Part shown: positions 1-12,298 of the stretch, one piece after another
Numbering within the stretch: position 1 is the stretch's first letter
Layout of the letters: every line of letters starts with the position of its first letter
Origin: Pelagomonas calceolata
Taxonomy: Eukaryota
Reading direction: 5' to 3'
Length of the DNA stretch: 64,000 bases
Assembly (NCBI GenBank): GCA_918797485.1
Contig: CAKKNE010000001.1
Span: 2,728,001-2,792,000, forward strand
The notes under the pieces: generated by a model
Databases searched by the model: none
The model's input: only the letters and a program-made list of their open reading frames with translations
Told to the model about the DNA's origin: nothing
Program-made: the position numbers and the translations under genes

Positions 1-249
1 GGGGAGGTCCATCAGGGGAGTTTAGCATTTAATCGACCTGTCGGAGCACCATTTGGCGCTCAGTTGGCCCAAGGTTTTTTTATTCCGGCTCAGCCTGTGG
101 TTCTTAGCTCAGTTGGGGAGGTCCATCAGCCGAAGCTAGCCTAATTACCCTCATCTAGTAGCTTTATCAAACATTTTATCGGCTCGCTGGGCCGGCCGGC
201 GGCGGCAAGGCTCCCATTTTTGTGCCAAAAAACGGCAATGCGCGCCCGC

Positions 250-410
250 CCCGCCCGCGCGCGGGAAGGGAGTCTATCGACGCTGACCAGCTAATGAGCG
301 TGAATTTGGCAGCATCGGCGACCGGGGCGGTCGATCCCGCCCCCGCTTTTTGACGTAAAATGCCACGATCCCAGCTTCTGCGCGCCCCCCAAGGACGCCG
401 AAGTCTCCTA
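250..410 (+). repeat. Dispersed repeat R1, copy 1 (inverted copy at about 11133-11290)
   Basis: CCGCCCGCGCGCGGGAAGGGAGTCTATCGACGCTGACCAG matches the reverse complement at 11251-11290, with similarity continuing for about 150 bp. Confidence 0.85.
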
Positions 411-1107
411 GGCTAGATCATTACGATACTTGCGGGCCCCGGCCGCGGCCCGGGCGGGCCGGGAAATCATCGGGACCGGGCCTACCCTAGCTCGCCCCTA
501 GGAAGTTCCCTTCCCCCTTATCCACATACTATCTACATTCAACAGCGCAATTATGACACTTCCTCGCATTACACCACATGAAGTGCTGATCCCTTACGGG
601 GACCCTCCTATGACCTCAGTCGCCAAACCCGCTGGGATGCCGGCAGTGCCATACTGCCGGCCTACCGTTTTCCACAATACTAGTATGGTCTGGGCACGTA
701 ACCTGAAACATGACTTCAACGTGAAGTGAAAGTCAACTTCAAAGGAGTTCAAGTTGATTGTTTTGATGGTTTCCGAACCTGCCAGTGGCCGCTGAGCTTA
801 AAACTCAGCAGCCCGAGGCAGTCGAGGTCACGGTGTAACGTTCCCCGAAATGACACAGGCACACACTTCGGTCCGCGGCACTGACAATCATGATGACTCG
901 GACTCGGAGGTGCACTGTCCGAGTCAACGTGACACCGGTCGTGCTCGGCTGCTTGCTGCCGCGCACGGCGGCGATGGTTCCCTTGGAACCATCTCGTTTA
1001 CCTAGTTAGCGCCTCGCTCGCCCGCTCCGCGAGCTCGGCGCCATCGGCTCACAAGCAAGATACGTCGCTGTATATCTTATATTGTTTTAATCAAAGCTGT
1101 TGTAAGC

Positions 1108-4100
1108 ATGTCCAAAGCCACGGATCCCCCAATAACTTCTGAGAGCAGTGACAACCGGACTCCTCTGCCTGCCCTGGGACAGGCGGAGTGTACCTCAAAT
1201 AAGCACGCCGGTCTCTGGCCGCGGGTGGCAGACGCTCTTTTGCCTAAATGGCCACATGAGCTTGAGGGCGAGAGATGGTTTAGCACAGATGATGCGTATG
1301 TGGACCAGGAGTTCGACCTTGAAGCTCTGCCGTTCTGGCTTCGGGATACAAGTGTGGGCTGGGTTCGAGCACCCAGTCTTAGCTCTCAGTCAGCGCAATC
1401 AGCGAGCTCTGAGATATTAGTCAAGACGAGCATAATAAGTAATGAGGAATTTGTGACAGATGACCAGTCAAATGTACGAAGTGCACAGGCCGTGGAAAAC
1501 ACTGCTCTTGCGGAGTGGAGTGAGACAGCTATTGATGCAATCACAAATGAGCCGCTCCCACAGGTTGTCGTTCTACCACCACAAACTGACAGGGGACCCC
1601 CCCCCCCGGATTCGTTGCCACTTGAGAGGGGTTTTGCTTTGGCGGACCAACCAAATGGGATCGCTACATCATCCAAAGAGCAAGATGAGATTGGAGCATC
1701 GCTGCTTCGGTTGGTGGCAATGTATGCACGTCAGTGCGATCAAAATCGGAATAAACCTTTTCTTTGGGAGGCCATATACCCTCAAGATAGATCAGGAAGG
1801 CCGTGCTATAACCCCGGTGGCAAATACGTCGTAAAAGTCTTTTTTTGTGGCTCATGGCGCAGAGTTCAGATTGATGATCGTGTGCCCATAAATGCACGTG
1901 GACAAGCGACCATCGTGTTCTCGCGCGAGAGGCGCGAGTTGTGGCCATTTATTCTGGCAAAGGCAGCATACAAAGTTGCCCATCTAGCTTATCGGGCGAT
2001 ACCATCAGTAGATGAATCATCTCCACAGGCACTATTTGACTTAGTTGCTATTGCTACGACGGCACTTACGGGCTGGGCCCCGTCTCCCATCCACATACCG
2101 TCGAAGCCAGGTCCTATTGATGCTTTCACAGCACGTCTTACTCAGCGCGGGACACCTGAATGTTCGTTGGCGGAGATTGATTTGGCAAGCACCAACTGTT
2201 TTCCAGGGTCCTCTTTGAATCGACACTCTAAGCCAAGCGGTCGTCGAAGAAGCGGTCAATCCCGTGAAGTGTCAAATGAGATGCTAAATCAAGCATCTAT
2301 GGCACGCAGCACAGCAGCAAGAATGACAAAGAACAAGTTGATGGCGGCACGCGAAGAACTTATTGTGCTCGTAGAAACGACGGAGACTGGTGTTTGTTTA
2401 CATCCTCTCCTTGGGGTTTTGACATATCCCGAAGCCAATTCCGTTAGAACAGATAAAAGAAATATTACGAATTGTTTTGATGCGATACTTGAATGGTCGT
2501 GCGCAAAGTCCGGACTGTCTGACTTTGAATCGGGTCCCCTGACTTTGCCACCTACTACCTTAAGGAAGCCAATTTGCCACATCACTGATCGTTTGAGCAC
2601 GAGTCGCTTGTTGTCCTTTTCAACGCAGTACGGGCTGCCATTCACTGCCGAGCTGCAGAGTTCCTGGGTTGAGTCAGCGAGCGGGGTAGGATTTGTTTCG
2701 CAACCTTTGCGTCAACCTGGAGTACTCCACATAAATACGAGCTGCAACTCCGCCACCTTAGTCGCCTGTATACAAACCAATATACTCACCACGGCACCAT
2801 TGTCGGACGATAGTACCACAGCGGGGCCCCGACCAACCTCAATTCACACCCTACAAACGCGAAGTGCGGTTTTGACTCTCGAGGAGCTGGTGTCTCCTGC
2901 ACAGACATCAGAAGAAGATGGGCGTTTCAAGCAAGAGAATTCGACATTTTGTTGCTCATCCACAGAAAGCCAATCCACAGGTGTGTCCTTGCGGCTCGTA
3001 CAAAAAATCACTGGGCCATATCCATCAAGAAGTGGAATACTTTACGCTCCGCTGGCACCCAAAGGCCGGGCGTATAGGGTCTGTCTAGACGCGCCATTTG
3101 GTGCAGATGTCACTTTTAATTGCACTGCGCCTGTGTCATACAAAACGTTACCACCAGTATGCGAGCAACTTGGTGGTTGGTCGACGTCAGCGAATGGCAC
3201 CTACGATGCTGTCCATACCGACTGCGAAATTGTCGTATTTCAACGTGTCGTTGAGCTGATAAACCCAGTCGTCGACGTTAATGCCCCCGCGGAGACCTCA
3301 AACACTGATGCAAATTGCAAAGAAGAGCAAGTCCCAAAAACTACATCACTGGGATGTTTCCCTGAGACACCTCAATTTATGGATATCGCTCTGGAGCTTT
3401 CGGTCTCGGACCCAACCGCAGCTAATAATATCACGCTCCATACGCTTGACATAGATGAGAATGTCTCGACAACGCACAGCTTGTTGCGGCTCCAAAAAGT
3501 ACGCCTCCGCGAAAGGGGCTTCATTGTTAGTGCCACCCTGCGGGCTCCTAGCAACACACCCATTTCAGCTGGTTCCTGGTCGCTTATTGCTTATTCCGCG
3601 ACTAGTCTCCCCAGGCCACAACTACTACACATAAAAGAGTTAGATGGAGCTGGCACACAAGAAGAAGGCATGACTTACCGCTTTGGGTCTATGTATTCAC
3701 CCAACAAGCACCTGCGGTTATTCCGTGACATCCTTGAGGTTCCACAAGCATGTTTTCCGCTGTCTATAAACCTGGATGTGATCCATACTGAAGATCTGCC
3801 AGTGCGCTTTGTCATTGGTGAATCTACAGAGGAAATAAATCCATCTTCAACTTCTTCGCTCGAAAGAAACAAGGAAACAAGCTTGCGTTCCGCTTCGTGC
3901 GCTTCCTCTATAGTCTTCCCCAGGAAATCTTTTTTGGGAATACGACGTGCGTGCGTGCCTTGTTTCTGGCCCAAGCAAGCTAAGCACGCACCTCGGGATT
4001 CCGGCACTGAAAGACCTGACAAATCACCGGCGAACCTTAACATTGTGCTAGAGGCCAAACTGGACACAAATTTCATTCGTGCGGATGATACTTTGTACTC

Positions 4101-4740
4101 TCCCCAGCCTTATGCTTCCCAAAGTTTATCGTCAAAGCAACTTCAGCTTTCAGATGCGCCATTCTCGCCTGCTCAACGTTTGACAGGAAAACATCTTGAG
4201 GCTAGTTGGATCCTAACGCTACATGCGTCCGCAGGGGGTCTGTTGCTTCGCCACAATGACGACCAAGAGCGGACCTACCAGGTAATACAAAATGAATGGG
4301 AAGCGCGAGAGTCTGGGAGGGGAGCGCGAGCCAAAGATGTCCAGAGCAAATTCGGAATAGGTAGAACTCGGTCCACTGAAAGAGAGCTCACCGAGGACTA
4401 TGCGCTGGGCTCCAGGTTTATCAATTCTGAAATTGAGCTAAAGCGCGAGAGACCACGATCAGCCTTGCGCAAAATCCTGATTGAGGCTGTTCGACCTGGG
4501 CACGAGTTTTTGCACGATTGTATGAAGTCCAAATCTGCCTTGTCAAAACCCTACGCATGGGATAAGAAGGCTGCCGAGGCATATGGAGTTCATAGCATCG
4601 AGTATGCGCAGAACTCCATGCTCCATAAATGGCGGCAGTGCCTTTTAAAGGGCACAACTGAGTCACTGTTGGCCCGTGAGCAACACCGGGTCAAAATGCA
4701 GCAAAAGGCGACCAGAAGATCAAAGTTTCAAAAGGTTTAG
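1108..4740 (+). CDS. Androglobin-like protein (N-terminal calpain-like domain, ADGB-type C-terminal motifs); apparently intronless
   Basis: 1210-aa ORF containing WEAIYP..GRPCYNPGGKYVVKVFFCGSWRRVQIDDRVP...ELWPFILAKAAYK, typical of the ADGB calpain-like domain. The C-terminal YSPNKHLRLFRD and WEARESGRGARAK motifs also resemble ADGB. Confidence 0.7.
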   Translation: MSKATDPPITSESSDNRTPLPALGQAECTSNKHAGLWPRVADALLPKWPHELEGERWFSTDDAYVDQEFDLEALPFWLRDTSVGWVRAPSLSSQSAQSASSEILVKTSIISNEEFVTDDQSNVRSAQAVENTALAEWSETAIDAITNEPLPQVVVLPPQTDRGPPPPDSLPLERGFALADQPNGIATSSKEQDEIGASLLRLVAMYARQCDQNRNKPFLWEAIYPQDRSGRPCYNPGGKYVVKVFFCGSWRRVQIDDRVPINARGQATIVFSRERRELWPFILAKAAYKVAHLAYRAIPSVDESSPQALFDLVAIATTALTGWAPSPIHIPSKPGPIDAFTARLTQRGTPECSLAEIDLASTNCFPGSSLNRHSKPSGRRRSGQSREVSNEMLNQASMARSTAARMTKNKLMAAREELIVLVETTETGVCLHPLLGVLTYPEANSVRTDKRNITNCFDAILEWSCAKSGLSDFESGPLTLPPTTLRKPICHITDRLSTSRLLSFSTQYGLPFTAELQSSWVESASGVGFVSQPLRQPGVLHINTSCNSATLVACIQTNILTTAPLSDDSTTAGPRPTSIHTLQTRSAVLTLEELVSPAQTSEEDGRFKQENSTFCCSSTESQSTGVSLRLVQKITGPYPSRSGILYAPLAPKGRAYRVCLDAPFGADVTFNCTAPVSYKTLPPVCEQLGGWSTSANGTYDAVHTDCEIVVFQRVVELINPVVDVNAPAETSNTDANCKEEQVPKTTSLGCFPETPQFMDIALELSVSDPTAANNITLHTLDIDENVSTTHSLLRLQKVRLRERGFIVSATLRAPSNTPISAGSWSLIAYSATSLPRPQLLHIKELDGAGTQEEGMTYRFGSMYSPNKHLRLFRDILEVPQACFPLSINLDVIHTEDLPVRFVIGESTEEINPSSTSSLERNKETSLRSASCASSIVFPRKSFLGIRRACVPCFWPKQAKHAPRDSGTERPDKSPANLNIVLEAKLDTNFIRADDTLYSPQPYASQSLSSKQLQLSDAPFSPAQRLTGKHLEASWILTLHASAGGLLLRHNDDQERTYQVIQNEWEARESGRGARAKDVQSKFGIGRTRSTERELTEDYALGSRFINSEIELKRERPRSALRKILIEAVRPGHEFLHDCMKSKSALSKPYAWDKKAAEAYGVHSIEYAQNSMLHKWRQCLLKGTTESLLAREQHRVKMQQKATRRSKFQKV

Positions 4741-5903
4741 CGAGATTTACCTTCATCACGAACACCATACACATCAACTCGGGCCTGCAACTCGCTAAAA
4801 TAGTCGAACAACTCGGGCCTGCAACACCATAAAGACTGGTTGTGCTTTGAGTCTATAAGTTTCTAGCCTTGGTTGAAGGCTGTTTGGCGTCGAGTCAAAG
4901 TCACTGGCACCGTAACTTGAACCGTTGCATCCAGCAAAGGTCGTCGGACCACCGGGGGCGTTGTGATTCTTCGCCGTCGCTTGCACGCTCACGTTTAGGC
5001 CTAGCAAAATCCCGGTAATTAGTATGGTTCAATTTATACGTCCAAGTCTGCAGGGCCCAGGGACTTGCCCAGGGCGGTCTTTGGTTCAAGTTAGGGCGCC
5101 GGGTTTATCTGAACAGGGTTGGGGGAGATGTTGGGGCTCCCCAATTCCAACTCCCATTTTGAGAAAACCCGTGCGCGTTGGCTCGAGATTACAAAAAGCG
5201 CGGGCGCGCACGCAAAGATTACAACCTTGGCATGTTGCGGATTGAAGATGACGCGCTGTGAAGCGGTACGCGGAGAGTTCTGAGCGCTCAAAGAGAGGTT
5301 ACGCCCCGTATTCGTCCGTTTCGGCACGTCGCGGCAAAGCAACGCGTCCAGTGGCGCGCGGCAGCACTGCGGGGGGCTACGCCCAGCCTTGAGTCGTGGA
5401 CTGGCAGCGCTGCGGCGGCCGAAAAAATCTCAAATGAGGCCAACGAGGTTACTTCACCACTGCTCGCATACGCAGCATGTGGTGCAAGCGTGCTGTACTG
5501 CGTGATGACTGAAGGTTGTTCTGAACCGTGTTCGTCGAGATCGGATGACAAAACAAGTCCAGGCGCGCCTGTGTGTCGCGTAGCCTATGGTATGCTGCAC
5601 TAAGTTGGGTCTACGACGCAGTTCAAAGTTCGGGAAACAGTCTAGGACCGACGCCCAGACGCTCCTCCTCACCGTGCGCCCTCAACGTGTGCTCTACGCG
5701 CCTGGTCTAGCGCGGCGACGTCCCACACACGCGCACTCCTCCACTCATGCAAGCCGCCTATACACGATCCTAGACCCCGTTTCGCTCGCGAACAGCCTCG
5801 TTAGATCTCGTTAGGCGCCGTCCCAACCCGTACGAGGGCAATTATCCTAGTAGGTTCTCCTCCTCGAATGCAGGGGTGACAGCACCGCAGCGACCTTGAC
5901 ACC

Positions 5904-7353
5904 ATGGCTATATCTTGCCTGTTCCTCACAGACGCGAAAGGAAAAGTAATCATTGGCCGAAACTATCGCGGTGACATTCCAACATCGACTTCAGAAAGGT
6001 ATACCTGCTTAGCTCTTTTTCAATATGCTATGCAAACTCAGATTTGCTCAATATATTCAAGATAAAGATGAGATGGATCAACGTCCAATATTCACAGAGG
6101 GTGGATGTACCTTTGCTTACATCAAGGTTTGAAACTGATACAAAACTGAGAATAATCTTTCCATACTTCACAGCACAACAACCTGTTCCTGACCTGTGTC
6201 ACCAGGAAGAATTCGAATGTGGCTCTAGCTTTGATGACGTTGTATCGCTTGATAAGTGTGAGGCCCACGTTACTGAGCATCGAAAAAATCCTGACGATCA
6301 GGTTTTCAAGGACTACTTTGGTGGGCTAGACGAGGAAAGCATTCGGGATAACTTTGTTGTCATCTATGAGCTCATGGATGAAACTTTGGATTTTGGCTAC
6401 CCCCAGTCACTTGATGCGAAAATTTTGCGAGAGTAGGTCATTAATGCCGCTCCCATATAAACCATTTTAGCAGGTTCATCACTCAAAAAAGTAATCGACA
6501 CGAGATTGCACCAAGACCTCCAATTGCCGTCACCAATGCCGTTTCCTGGCGCAGCGAGGGCATAAAGCACAGAAAAAATGAAATATTCCTCGATGTCATT
6601 GAAAAACTGAATCTTCTAGTTTCTGGCAATGGTGGCGTTCTCAATTCAGAGATAATCGGTGCAATAAGAATGAAATCATACCTCAGCGGCATGCCCGAGC
6701 TGAAGCTGGGTCTCAACGACAAGCTTATGTTCGAGGCTACCGGCAGGTCAATCGCACGGGGCAAAGCAGTCGAACTTGAGGACATCAAGTTTCATCAATG
6801 TGTGCGCCTTGCTCGTTTTGAGAATGATCGCACCATATCATTCATTCCACCTGATGGTGAATTTGATTTGATGACATACAGGCTGACCACTCAAGTTAAA
6901 CCGCTTATTTGGGTTGAGGCTGTAGTTGAGCCACACTCTCACAGTCGAATAGAGTACATGGTCAAAGCAAAAAGTCAGTTCAAGAGTCGTTCTGTCGCCA
7001 ATAGTGTGGATATTGTTATACCAGTCCCCCACGATGTGGATTCGCCTTCGTTTAAATCGAGTATTGGTTCAGTAAGCTATCTTCCAGATCGCAATGTCAT
7101 CATTTGGAGTATAAAGCAGTTCAATGGCGCAAGAGAGTACTTGATGCGTGCGCATTTTGGTCTACCTTCTGTCTCTGGTGAGAACCCAGATCGTTGGAAA
7201 GCTCCAATTGAAGTTAGATTCGAAATTCCTTATTTTACGGTTTCTGGCATTCAAGTTCGGTACCTCAAAATCATCGAAAAAAGCGGTTATCAAGCACTTC
7301 CGTGGGTCCGTTACATCACCCAAAACGGCGACTATCAGTTGCGCATGACATGA
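5904..7353 (+). CDS. AP1M: AP-1 adaptor complex mu subunit, 4 short introns (about 5999-6041, 6127-6173, 6257-6301, 6433-6473)
   Basis: Spliced model gives MAISCLFLTDAKGKVIIGRNYRGD...VFKDYFGGLDEESIRDNFVVIYEL...VSWRSEGIKHRKNEIFLDV...YQALPWVRYITQNGDYQLRMT, the canonical mu1 sequence, with GT-AG introns of 41-47 nt. Confidence 0.96.
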
Positions 7354-7642
7354 TCGGGTCCCGACGGAGGATTGTTTATTGCAAGCAAGCACGCCAGCCT
7401 GATTCAAGGCAAAGTGGCAACAAGTTCTACAATGCCTATAAAAGGAACAAGCTCCTAAGAGCCTTCTCCCTGCTCAAGGATACCCAACCGGAGCTTCGAA
7501 TCAGCAGTAAGATAACGGTACAACGGGTTTTCAATCTCCCGGGGTTTCCCCCATAACCAAACGAGAACGATATTCAGCAGTCATTGCCGTGCGATGGGGC
7601 GAACCGAGTATAATCTACGGGGCCGGACCCCGATTAAATCGG

Positions 7643-7884
7643 GGGCTGTAGCGCCTCCCCTTTAATAGCCCGAACGGGGAAACTTACTGCGAATGGGCCC
7701 CAGGGGGTGCTCCACATTCTGACCGAGTGTGGAGCCCTAAAAATGCGAGGGGTCGGAAGGGCCCCCACGCGAACGTCGCGCCAGTGGCGTTTCGTGCCGC
7801 GTCAGGCGACCTGGGACCCCAACGGGCGAAGGCGCCCCGTTCGGGCTATCAATTGAAAATCTCACCAATTTGGCGTCAGGCCCC
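7643..7884 (+). repeat. Dispersed repeat R2, short copy, with internal inverted repeat ATAGCCCGAAC...GTTCGGGCTAT
   Basis: Colinear with 62860-63317 at both ends (GCCTCCCCTTTAATAGCCCGAAC; CAATTGAAAATCTCACCAATTTGGCGTCAGGCCCC). Confidence 0.88.
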
Positions 7885-8793
7885 GTTGTAATCTCGAAAG
7901 AAATACTTCACGTTATTTCTCGAAGGCCTTGCATTCAAAGTTTCAAACAACATGTGTTAAATCGTCTCCGACTCGCGGGATTCGCAACAAGGGCCTTGCG
8001 TACACGCTGCATCCGGCAGCTCGAGCTCCGTGGATCGTGGCAGCCCAGACGCAACTTCGTCTTAAGCCTCCGCCCTTCCCGAACATGAAGAGACGAGGTG
8101 CACGTTCTGAGCAGATATTCCGGCAGGCCGAATCGTTCCGTCCGAACCCATTTGCTCATGTTATGGAGGGTCGACATGCCCTTGAAACCATCGGCGAACT
8201 CGGACACCCGGCGTGATGCTACAAACTTGAACACCCGGCGAACTCGGACACCCGGGCCGACTGCGATGCACTTGAACAGGGCGAAATACCCCCCCAATCC
8301 TATCCTATCATATGCCAGTCACGGTGATACCCTTCTATATACACTTACTACACACACAACCAGACTTACTAGAAAAGTCTCAAGGGACAGCTGAAATTAA
8401 GTTTAGAGAGTGCTTGAAAAAGAGGGGACAATCTTTCGCCGGTTTGTGGGCCCGGGATCATGATATCATCATCATCATGATATTTGGAATCTTCTCTTCC
8501 CTGGATACGGACTTTGACACCCATGATCTTTGGGATGAAATGAATGAAATTAAAGAGGCTCTAGCTAGAGAAGGACTCCGGGAGTACTCCTCGATAGTAA
8601 ACTGTCACATTCTGGTGAACCGACGGCAAGCTTCACACAACTGTTAAGCTCAAGCGGGCCCTGTACGGACTGAAACAAAGCCCACAGCTTTGGTCAAAAG
8701 CGCATGAAAAGAGGAACTTACTTTATGAGTAGAGAGGTCCCTTGCGCCGGTCCAACCCGCACGCATGGTGAGCGAAGATAGAGACAAACCCCG

Positions 8794-10558
8794 ATGACAG
8801 CTTTATGGGCGTCAGTTGGCGTTATTACAATTTTGTTGTTGTTGGTATATAGATACATATTTACAACAACATATGAGATCTCCAACGAAACTCTGTTCAG
8901 AGAGGAAGGCCCGAAAGCTCTGGCGGCAACTGCTAGCGATGGATTTGAAGCAGTGAAGGCATTGCCTTGGCCTCGGAGTTTGCCGGGCCTCAAGCAAATT
9001 GACAAATACAAAGCCCTGAAAAGACATGTTCTGGCGCAATGGAACGAAAACGAAGACATGAAAGCTGAGGTTCGCCAGCAACTACGACATGCACTGATGG
9101 ACCGTTGTCAAGTTCATATTACATGGCTACTGCGGGTGGAAAGAGAGCAGCAGTCAATCGAGCGAATGGCTCGTCGAGGAATGATGTCTGAATCCGACTT
9201 GAAAAAATTCGCACGGTTCTCTCAACTTTTAGACACGGAGGTTAACGATGTTCGACACGAAGCAGGGTGGCTTTGTGATGATTTGGAGCGCAGCCAACAG
9301 GCCTCAGAAGAAATTTGGTGCGCAAAAATCTTTTGTGTGCATGAAAATATCTATCTCTAGGCGGATTGCCGTGCAAATATGGAACCAAAGGCGGCAGGAG
9401 GATGCAGCTCGTGCACGTGCCTTAAAAGCAACGACTGAAGATGCAGCTCGGCGCCGTGATGCTGGCAGTGGTCTGAAGGGTTTGAAGGGAGGTTTTTTGG
9501 GTAAGGTGATAGATTCTAAGCCCAGCAGTTCAAGACAATTTGCTTCTACTCAGCCGGCATTCAAACCCATGACGTGGCCAGAGACTCATCCTAGAGAACG
9601 CGCTATCCAAGAGTATGAATTTATCAAGGCTGGTTTCCTCAACCAGGACCAGGACAAAGGCGAGGCTGTAGGGAGAGCTAGACAGCGTTTAAGAGATGCC
9701 CTCTTGCAGCGATGCCAACAGCAGATACCGTGGATTCTTAGCCTGCGGCAAGAGCAACAGCGGACACGTATTGCCACGGAGCGTGCAAGATGGCAGTCCA
9801 GTGAAATCCCAACAGCTGAATATTTGAGCACACTCCAAGTCTTCGAAACTAAGTGCAAGATGGAATCAGCCAGCATTCAGGAGGAGGCTGAATGGCTTGG
9901 GGAACAAGACGGCACTCCAGGAATGGGAGAAAAGATATGGTCAATGGCGTTTGAGCTTCACGCCAAGGCCAATGCCCAAAATACGAAACGCGAGAGATTA
10001 CTCCAACTACACCAAGAAAAGATTCTCCAGACTTATGCGGCAGGAACTGCAAAACCCTGGCCAGCTGACCTACCGGGCGTCAAACAGCGTTCAATCTATG
10101 ACCAGATGAAGTCGGCAGCATTACAGCAACTGTCTCAACCTGCTCAGGCCGCAATGCTTCAGGGTCATACCGCACCCCGGGTGGTTGGAGAACGGGCTGC
10201 TCGCCAGCTACGTGCTGCCCTGATGGCACGCTGCCAGCAGGTAATACCTCTTATTCAGCGCCTCCAGGCTGAAGGTTTTGTCTTCAACAAAGCTGTCGAG
10301 CTTGGTCATGTTAATGAAAAAGACATTGCTTGCTTCGAGGCAGTTGATACCAGTGTTAAGGCTGAGATCGAAGCAGTTAAGAGTGAAGCTAATTGGCTCT
10401 CTGATAATTCTGGAACTAACGTTGGCATGGGGGAGCAGATCTGGCCTGCCGCCTTTCAGATTTACACCAGGCGGCGCGCTGAGGTCACAAAGCAAATCCA
10501 AACTGCCCAGACGAATCCCCTCACTATAAACACTGTGTTTGCAGATGTGGTTGATTAA
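8794..10558 (+). CDS. N-terminal TM protein with three tandem ~130-aa repeats resembling the Sec66 domain; one intron 9318-9360
   Basis: Hydrophobic N-terminus. The repeat WP...Y...K...RQxLRxALxxRCQxxI...E..(V/I)..EAxWL....E.IW..A occurs three times. A 43-nt GT-AG intron joins the two ORFs in frame. Confidence 0.6.
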
Positions 10559-11132
10559 AGGTAGATCAATTTGGTTTTTTGGTTTGCTAGCTTTCCTATC
10601 GCAACAAAAGCAGAATATGTGGTTCTCCAGATGCGCGCAGATTTAACTGCGGCACATCAGGCTAGGTTCTGCGGACGCGAAATAGCCTCAACTCGCCAAC
10701 AACTTAGGTATTGGATTTCTATATTGGATTAGTTGAAGTAATTTACGGGGCCTATCCACCGCCGAAAAATAACCACGGGTGGACTGGCACTGGCCAGTTG
10801 GCCACTTCGCCGCCTAAATTGACCGTACCACTGGCAGGGCTACTAGACTCGGAGGTCGCGGCGGGGGCCCCCAACCCGAGCCGGACACCGGGTTCTTTTT
10901 TACAGTAAGATCCTGAGCGATCCTCCCCAAGGTAAATTCGTGCTGAATTACCCTGCGACACTTAATGCTCCGTGAGTACAGCTAAATTTGGCTGTTTTAC
11001 CCCCCCTTTCAGCGTGAACGGCGCGCTCAAACCTGATGGCCAGTGAATATTGCCACCGTTCGGCACCTTCCGATTCCCGAGGGGCGAAAGCAACCACACT
11101 TTGCCATATAATAATGGGGGCTCGCTTCACGT

Positions 11133-11290
11133 AGGTCCTGTCTGCATCCTTGGGGGCAGCGCAGAAGCTGAGATCGAAACTATTTGCGTGCTATGCGTCG
11201 GTGCGATCGACAGCACGGCCGCCGGATGCTGCCAAATTTACGCTCACTCGCTGGTCAGCGTCGATAGACTCCCTTCCCGCGCGCGGGCGG
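11133..11290 (-). repeat. Dispersed repeat R1, copy 2
   Basis: Reverse-complement match to 250-410. Confidence 0.85.
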
Positions 11291-11880
11291 AGGATGATCC
11301 ACCTTATTGAAATGTTAAACTTAAATGTTATCCTCCTTGCCGCGATTTCATGATTATCGCAATCTGATCACGATCACGACAATGGGGGAGTGCAATGGAA
11401 ATACACGTCTAGTAGGATCCCAAGGTTCAACTGAGACGTATCCAAGCACAACCCGTACTTGTATTACCCGCCTAGGCTACTTCCCATCCTAGGGTACTCC
11501 GATATCCCCTTAGTAGGGGGAAGTCGCCTCTCACTCCTAACTATTATCATCCTGAGTCACCTTTAATTGACGGACGTAATTCCCCGTCACAAACCCCATC
11601 AAACATGGGAGAAACTATTTCGTTAGACGACTACACTACGCTGCCGGTGAAGTCCGGAGCTACACACTCTATTTCCCTATGCATCGCACTATCTCAGCCG
11701 CCGTACTCCCAAGGGTGCGTACTCCTTTGGTCTTGCATCATTCGCAGTGCTAGTACAAGTATAGCGGTGGTGCAGGGAATGTCTTCCTTTGCATCGTCAA
11801 CCAACCTTGATTTGGGCGTTCGCCAGCCTGCTTGACGGCCATTCAACTAGCCAGGTGAATTCAATGGCTTGTCTCTGTTT

Positions 11881-12298
11881 CTAACATTTGGACGGTGTAT
11901 CACTGCAAAAGATGAGCACGTGTGCCTGGTCAAGCTGGAAGAAAAGCAAAGATGTTGTTTGGTGGGTTATTGAGCTCCCGTAGTTCGCACCAACCTATAC
12001 ATAAATAATGCCTTCATATTGATTCGCTGAATTTTGATCTTACCACGCAATGCCAGGTTCCACCGTACGCCACGTCGAAGATTCTTTTTAGATCCGTTGC
12101 CACATCCTAGGGCGAGGGAATACGTAGCGCAAACTTGCCTTTTGAAAGTGTAAATCGCACCTTTTCAGTACTATACTTGTCCATGGCCGCATCTGCGGCT
12201 AAGATTGCTGCATCCTTTATCGCAACAGGAACTTCAACTCGATGCAGGCAAACCTTGCGGGAAACTTCTTTTTCCTCCGATGTACTCTCTTCAGCCAT
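11881..12298 (-). CDS. Dynein light chain type 1 family (DNAL4/LC8-like); introns 12107-12160 and 11995-12043
   Basis: Spliced product ...AMDKYSTEK|DVATDLKRIFDVAYGGTWHCV|VGANYGSSITHQTTSLLFFQLD... carries the WHCVVG-x-YGS-x-ITH signature. Confidence 0.9.

Noticed and set aside
7250..7257. Rule octamers inside coding exons (also about 25944, 30577, 35444, 55016)
   Set aside because: Their number is compatible with chance, and at 7250 the protein is fully conserved. Not counted as scars without orthologue evidence.
8197..8255. Short direct repeats (GAACTCGGACACCCGG; also 4776-4825, 18814-18854) as a CRISPR-like array
   Set aside because: Only 2-3 units, no regular spacers, no cas genes, eukaryotic context.
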